DNA of 63,869 nucleotides, the filler included, from Rhabdomonas costata (taxonomy: Eukaryota): NCBI GenBank assembly GCA_019059605.1. It is 50 parts of 50 records of this genome, joined end to end, with 100 filler letters (N's around TTAATTAATTAA, not from the genome) between each part and the next. Parts side by side here need not be neighbours in the genome. Positions count along the whole stretch, not along the records: positions 60,132 to 61,310 come from JAHMHO010024835.1; positions 61,411 to 62,590 come from JAHMHO010024836.1; positions 62,691 to 63,869 come from JAHMHO010024837.1; 47 more parts are not named here. One strand, 5' to 3'. Positions 60,401 through 63,869 of this stretch are shown here, piece after piece. The position numbers and the translations under genes were made by a program. The notes under the pieces were generated by a model. That model saw only the letters and a program-made list of their open reading frames with translations. It was not told where the DNA came from and did not search any database. How positions within the stretch are numbered: the stretch's first letter is position 1; every line of letters starts with the position of its first letter.

Positions 60401-61954
60401 CGCTCCCTCAGCGTTTAGGAATGCCCGGCCTCTATCTTCCCGTGCTTGTTTAGCCCTCCTCTTGCTTGCTTTTGCTTCTGCAATCGCCGCCATGCTTCCC
60501 CCTGTCCGCTTTCTGCCCTGTTGGCATTTTTTGGAAGTGAGGGCGAGACGATTATGCGATGTTTTCTGCTGCGGAAGTGCTGTTGGTGCGCTGAAGTGCC
60601 GTTGGTGTCCTTTTTGTGGTCGCTTTTCCCTCCGTGGTGTTGCATTTTTTGTGTTCTGTGAAGTCATGCGTCCACAGTACCGAACGCTGCATCCCGACTG
60701 TCCTTTCAATTGGCCTTCTCTCACATGCACCGTCGCTGTGGAGTTCCTCTCTCCTCTGCTCCTCCAACTTGGTCTCTCACTTACACGCTCAGCCCACTGA
60801 CGTTCTGACACATCGACGCCTGTGCAAACCTTGTCGGATGTGCTCCCCGTTCACGTGTCCTGTGCCTGGTCAAAAGGATAGGTGGAGAGATGCCCTGCTG
60901 TAACCCGCAGTTGGGCACGGGGAAGCGCTTTGCTTCTTCTTCCCTACTTTTCCTAGTTTTTTTCCTTCACCCCGAGGTATCGCCGCCCCATGCAGTTCGG
61001 CATTGGGACGGTAATTTGTGTGTGTATGTTTCCCTCCCTCGGTGACTGCGGAACTGCGGTTGTTTTCATGTTGAGGCCGCTTCGGGTCGCACTGTGTGTG
61101 CCCGGGCGGGCTCGTTGCTCGTGCTCCTTCCGTTTACAAATGCCCAATGAAAGACAGGCATTATCTTCATCGGGGGGGGGGTACCTTTTTGAGTGGCTGC
61201 TGCTCGGGCACGATGCGAAGCTCCCTTGAGGTTGAAGGAGGAGGGAAGGTGATTTCAGATTGCTGAAATTCCCATTACTGGGTTTTGAAAGCGCATTGGA
61301 CCAACACAACNNNNNNNNNNNNNNNNNNNNNNNNNNNNNNNNNNNNNNNNNNNNTTAATTAATTAANNNNNNNNNNNNNNNNNNNNNNNNNNNNNNNNNN
61401 NNNNNNNNNNGGTTGTTTTTTTGTTCTTAGAGGAGACTGTGTTAAGAAAAAAAAAACAAAAAAAACTACGGGATATCCAGATGAGGACAGCACATGTGAT
61501 ACTGCGGAATATCAGGGGATTAGGGTCATTGCGAAACTGTTCATGTTCTTTGAAGCGGGTCCACATTTTCTTTTTGCGGTGGGGGGATCACACTGACTTC
61601 CCCTACTTTCTATTCTCAACCAAAAGAGCCAAAGGACCATGTTGGCGGATCAAGGGGTAGCACATTAGTTAAAAATCCACCGCTTTGCAAGGTACATAAG
61701 AGGTTGCAGCGAACGGTTTGCAGGGATGAGAGCAACCGATGGCTGGCTTTAATGCTGCTGCTGGACGAAACTCCATAAAAAACAGGCTGAGTGATACCCA
61801 GGGTAGGGCAGTTCTTTTTGCCCCCCCAATCATTTTTGCACCTTTCCCCAAAGGTTTTAGGGGAGATGCACGTGCGGGGGGGGGGGGTGTGGATAGAAAT
61901 TGAAAATGGTGTCTGACCAAATCGAATAATTCCAAAGAAAAAAGCACAAACCAC

Positions 61955-62242
61955 CTCTAAAGCTGCTAAAGGCCCCACATGGGGCACCTTCGTCTCATCG
62001 TACAGCATCCACGCAAGCCTCAGAAGGTTCTCCCTGGCCACTATGCCTGCGTGACTGGAGATTCTTGCACGGCATCCGGGCTCCTTCTCCTGGGAAGAAA
62101 GCCTAGGCTCGGCCTCTGGTAAGCCCCACTCCAGCTCTTCCTCTTCCTCTTCCGTGTCGCTGACGTCCGACGATCGCCACCGAAGCATTATCTCAGGACA
62201 ACCGCTGAGGAACCCGGAAACAACCTTGCGAAGTGTATCAAC
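61955..62242 (-). CDS. Hypothetical protein exon with an acidic stretch
   Basis: CAG|VDTLRKVVSGFL...DTEEEEEELEW...ENLLRLAWMLYDETK; donor at 61987 or 61954. Confidence 0.4.
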
Positions 62243-63869
62243 CTGAGCCCCAACAAGAGAGAAGAGAGAAGACGAGAGTATCAATGTCTGAGCCAAGACA
62301 ATCCAGAGCTATGGAACTATGGGTGAAACTCCCCTCCTGAAGCCCACAAAAAGCACCTTCAGCCAAACAGGGCAAAAACAATTTCTGCAGACGGAGGATT
62401 CGACATGGTCAGATCGCTCAAGGCTGTCACCACTTATGCAGAATCCGATCAGACCCGCTTCAGGGTGCCAGACTATAAGCGTTTCAGGAGGCGCCTGAAT
62501 TCGGACACTATCTATGAGTGCACCTGTTAGTTTACAACCTTCTCATTGACCACATCAAGAATTGCCCCAAAAAGGCTTTCCAGATGAAGGNNNNNNNNNN
62601 NNNNNNNNNNNNNNNNNNNNNNNNNNNNNNNNNNTTAATTAATTAANNNNNNNNNNNNNNNNNNNNNNNNNNNNNNNNNNNNNNNNNNNNGTGGGGGTGG
62701 TAGACGCAAGGAACCAAGGAAGGAAGAAGCAACCAATGGCGCATACCCCACACAAAGTGAAGTGGTGAAGGGCTGAGGGAGCCGAGGGGAACCTAGTCTC
62801 TTTCTGGTTGGACAGCGAAAGGTCCACCGCGGAAGAGTTCTGGAATACCCTAGCCTCTTGCGGAGGAACACGGCAGAAGAACCGGATCGAGGTGAAGGCT
62901 GGGTAGCGTCGAGTTCTGAATCTGCGTGTTCGTTTATGTGTGCAATAGCGGCACGATAAGTTGCATGTGCAAAGAAAAAGACCTTAAGCCAAATGTAGTG
63001 AAACAGAGAACAGAACAGAACAATCGAATCAACTGCAAACAACAAGTATCCGTATTTTTTCATACAGGAGGCATCCCGAAACGCTGCGTGGCCGGTTCTT
63101 GGGTCGGTAGATCTTGACTCTTTCAACATCAGCCGGTTGCGGTGGCTGAGGGCTCATTAGTATTTCTATTGCCCCGCTTCGCAGGTAAATGCAAGCAGGT
63201 GGTGGAAAGATGCTCTCCTCCTTCCCTTCCGCACACGCACGTGTTACGGATCATCCGGGTCATCATCTTTACCCGAGGCCACCACGCAGTGCAGTTCACC
63301 ACTGTGCCCGTAAGGCTGTAGGTCACGGAGGGCAGCAGCAAGGGCAAATCCGTGAAGCAGATCGCCAGCACCAGGTTGGCGTGGGCCTTAGCCCTGGGTT
63401 CAACACAAAGCTCCTCAGCTATCACGACAGTGGATTGAGCGAGGTGTGGAAAAGCAGCAGAAAATTCCTAGATTCTCCTCAAGATCCTCAATTTCCTGAA
63501 TCATAGTCTTAATTTCGATCTGAAGTTCCGGATGTCTGCTATTACCTCGAATCTTCCGTCACGTTCGCAAAGGGAAGGAAGAAGTCACACCAGGAGGTGC
63601 TCGTCACCACCGATCCCATGCCGCCCCCCAACCACAAAAGCCACAGACGACCTCAAGAAAACCAGTAATTCCAAGAATGGCATCCCCGGTGCCCACATAG
63701 CGGCCGTGAGGTACAGCCACCCGCGTGCTTGCCAGCGCAGCACCAGAGGCCGGTGGTGGGCAGGAAGCTGGAAAAGCTCCACGGTGGGCTGAGGCTGCCG
63801 TAGGCACGCTGTAGGGCCGTCCGAGGGCACTCCACCAAAAGTACTTGAGTTCAGTTCAACTCGGGTACG

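Noticed and set aside
1181-62690. Regularly spaced identical TTAATTAATTAA, superficially an array or repeat system
   Set aside because: Embedded in fixed N-runs and gives stops in six frames: an artificial linker. ORFs ending in X...LIN or X...N are run-ins to this linker.

Overview
This window is not contiguous genome. It is 50 unrelated contigs of about 1,175-1,185 bp, joined by 49 artificial 100-nt spacers (N44-TTAATTAATTAA-N44). Many contigs begin with G/T-only and end with A/C-only strings, and several end in fold-back duplications, which points to whole-genome-amplified (probably single-cell) DNA. Most contigs are nuclear DNA of an intron-rich protist: short GC3-rich exons with GT-AG (rarely GC-AG) introns, encoding fragments of two ankyrin proteins, a histidine kinase, ClpB/Hsp100, Hsp70, NPL4, an HDHD5/CECR5-like HAD hydrolase, a pepsin-like protease, kelch and beta-helix proteins, a degenerate cyclase and a USP-like domain. 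A four-exon gene resembles the trypanosomatid complex IV subunit trCOIV (comparison from memory), suggesting a euglenozoan, probably euglenid, host. Two non-host-like components stand out. (1) Three very AT-rich intronless contigs (10240-11412, 21748-22927, 56290-57468) carry giant-virus-like (Mimiviridae/Klosneuvirinae-like) features: a KYLKYKxKY N-terminal motif, a post-stop AT hairpin, a nested-repeat fibre-like protein, and a membrane adenylate cyclase. (2) Several contigs have distinct composition and no recognisable genes (1281-2460, 16628-17807, 30706-31490, 46057-47236); two of them share a strongly over-represented GAGCGNAGCGA mini-hairpin motif, making them candidates for mitochondrial or other small-replicon DNA. 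No rRNA, tRNA or CRISPR array was recognised. All homology calls are by-eye motif recognition; no searches were run.
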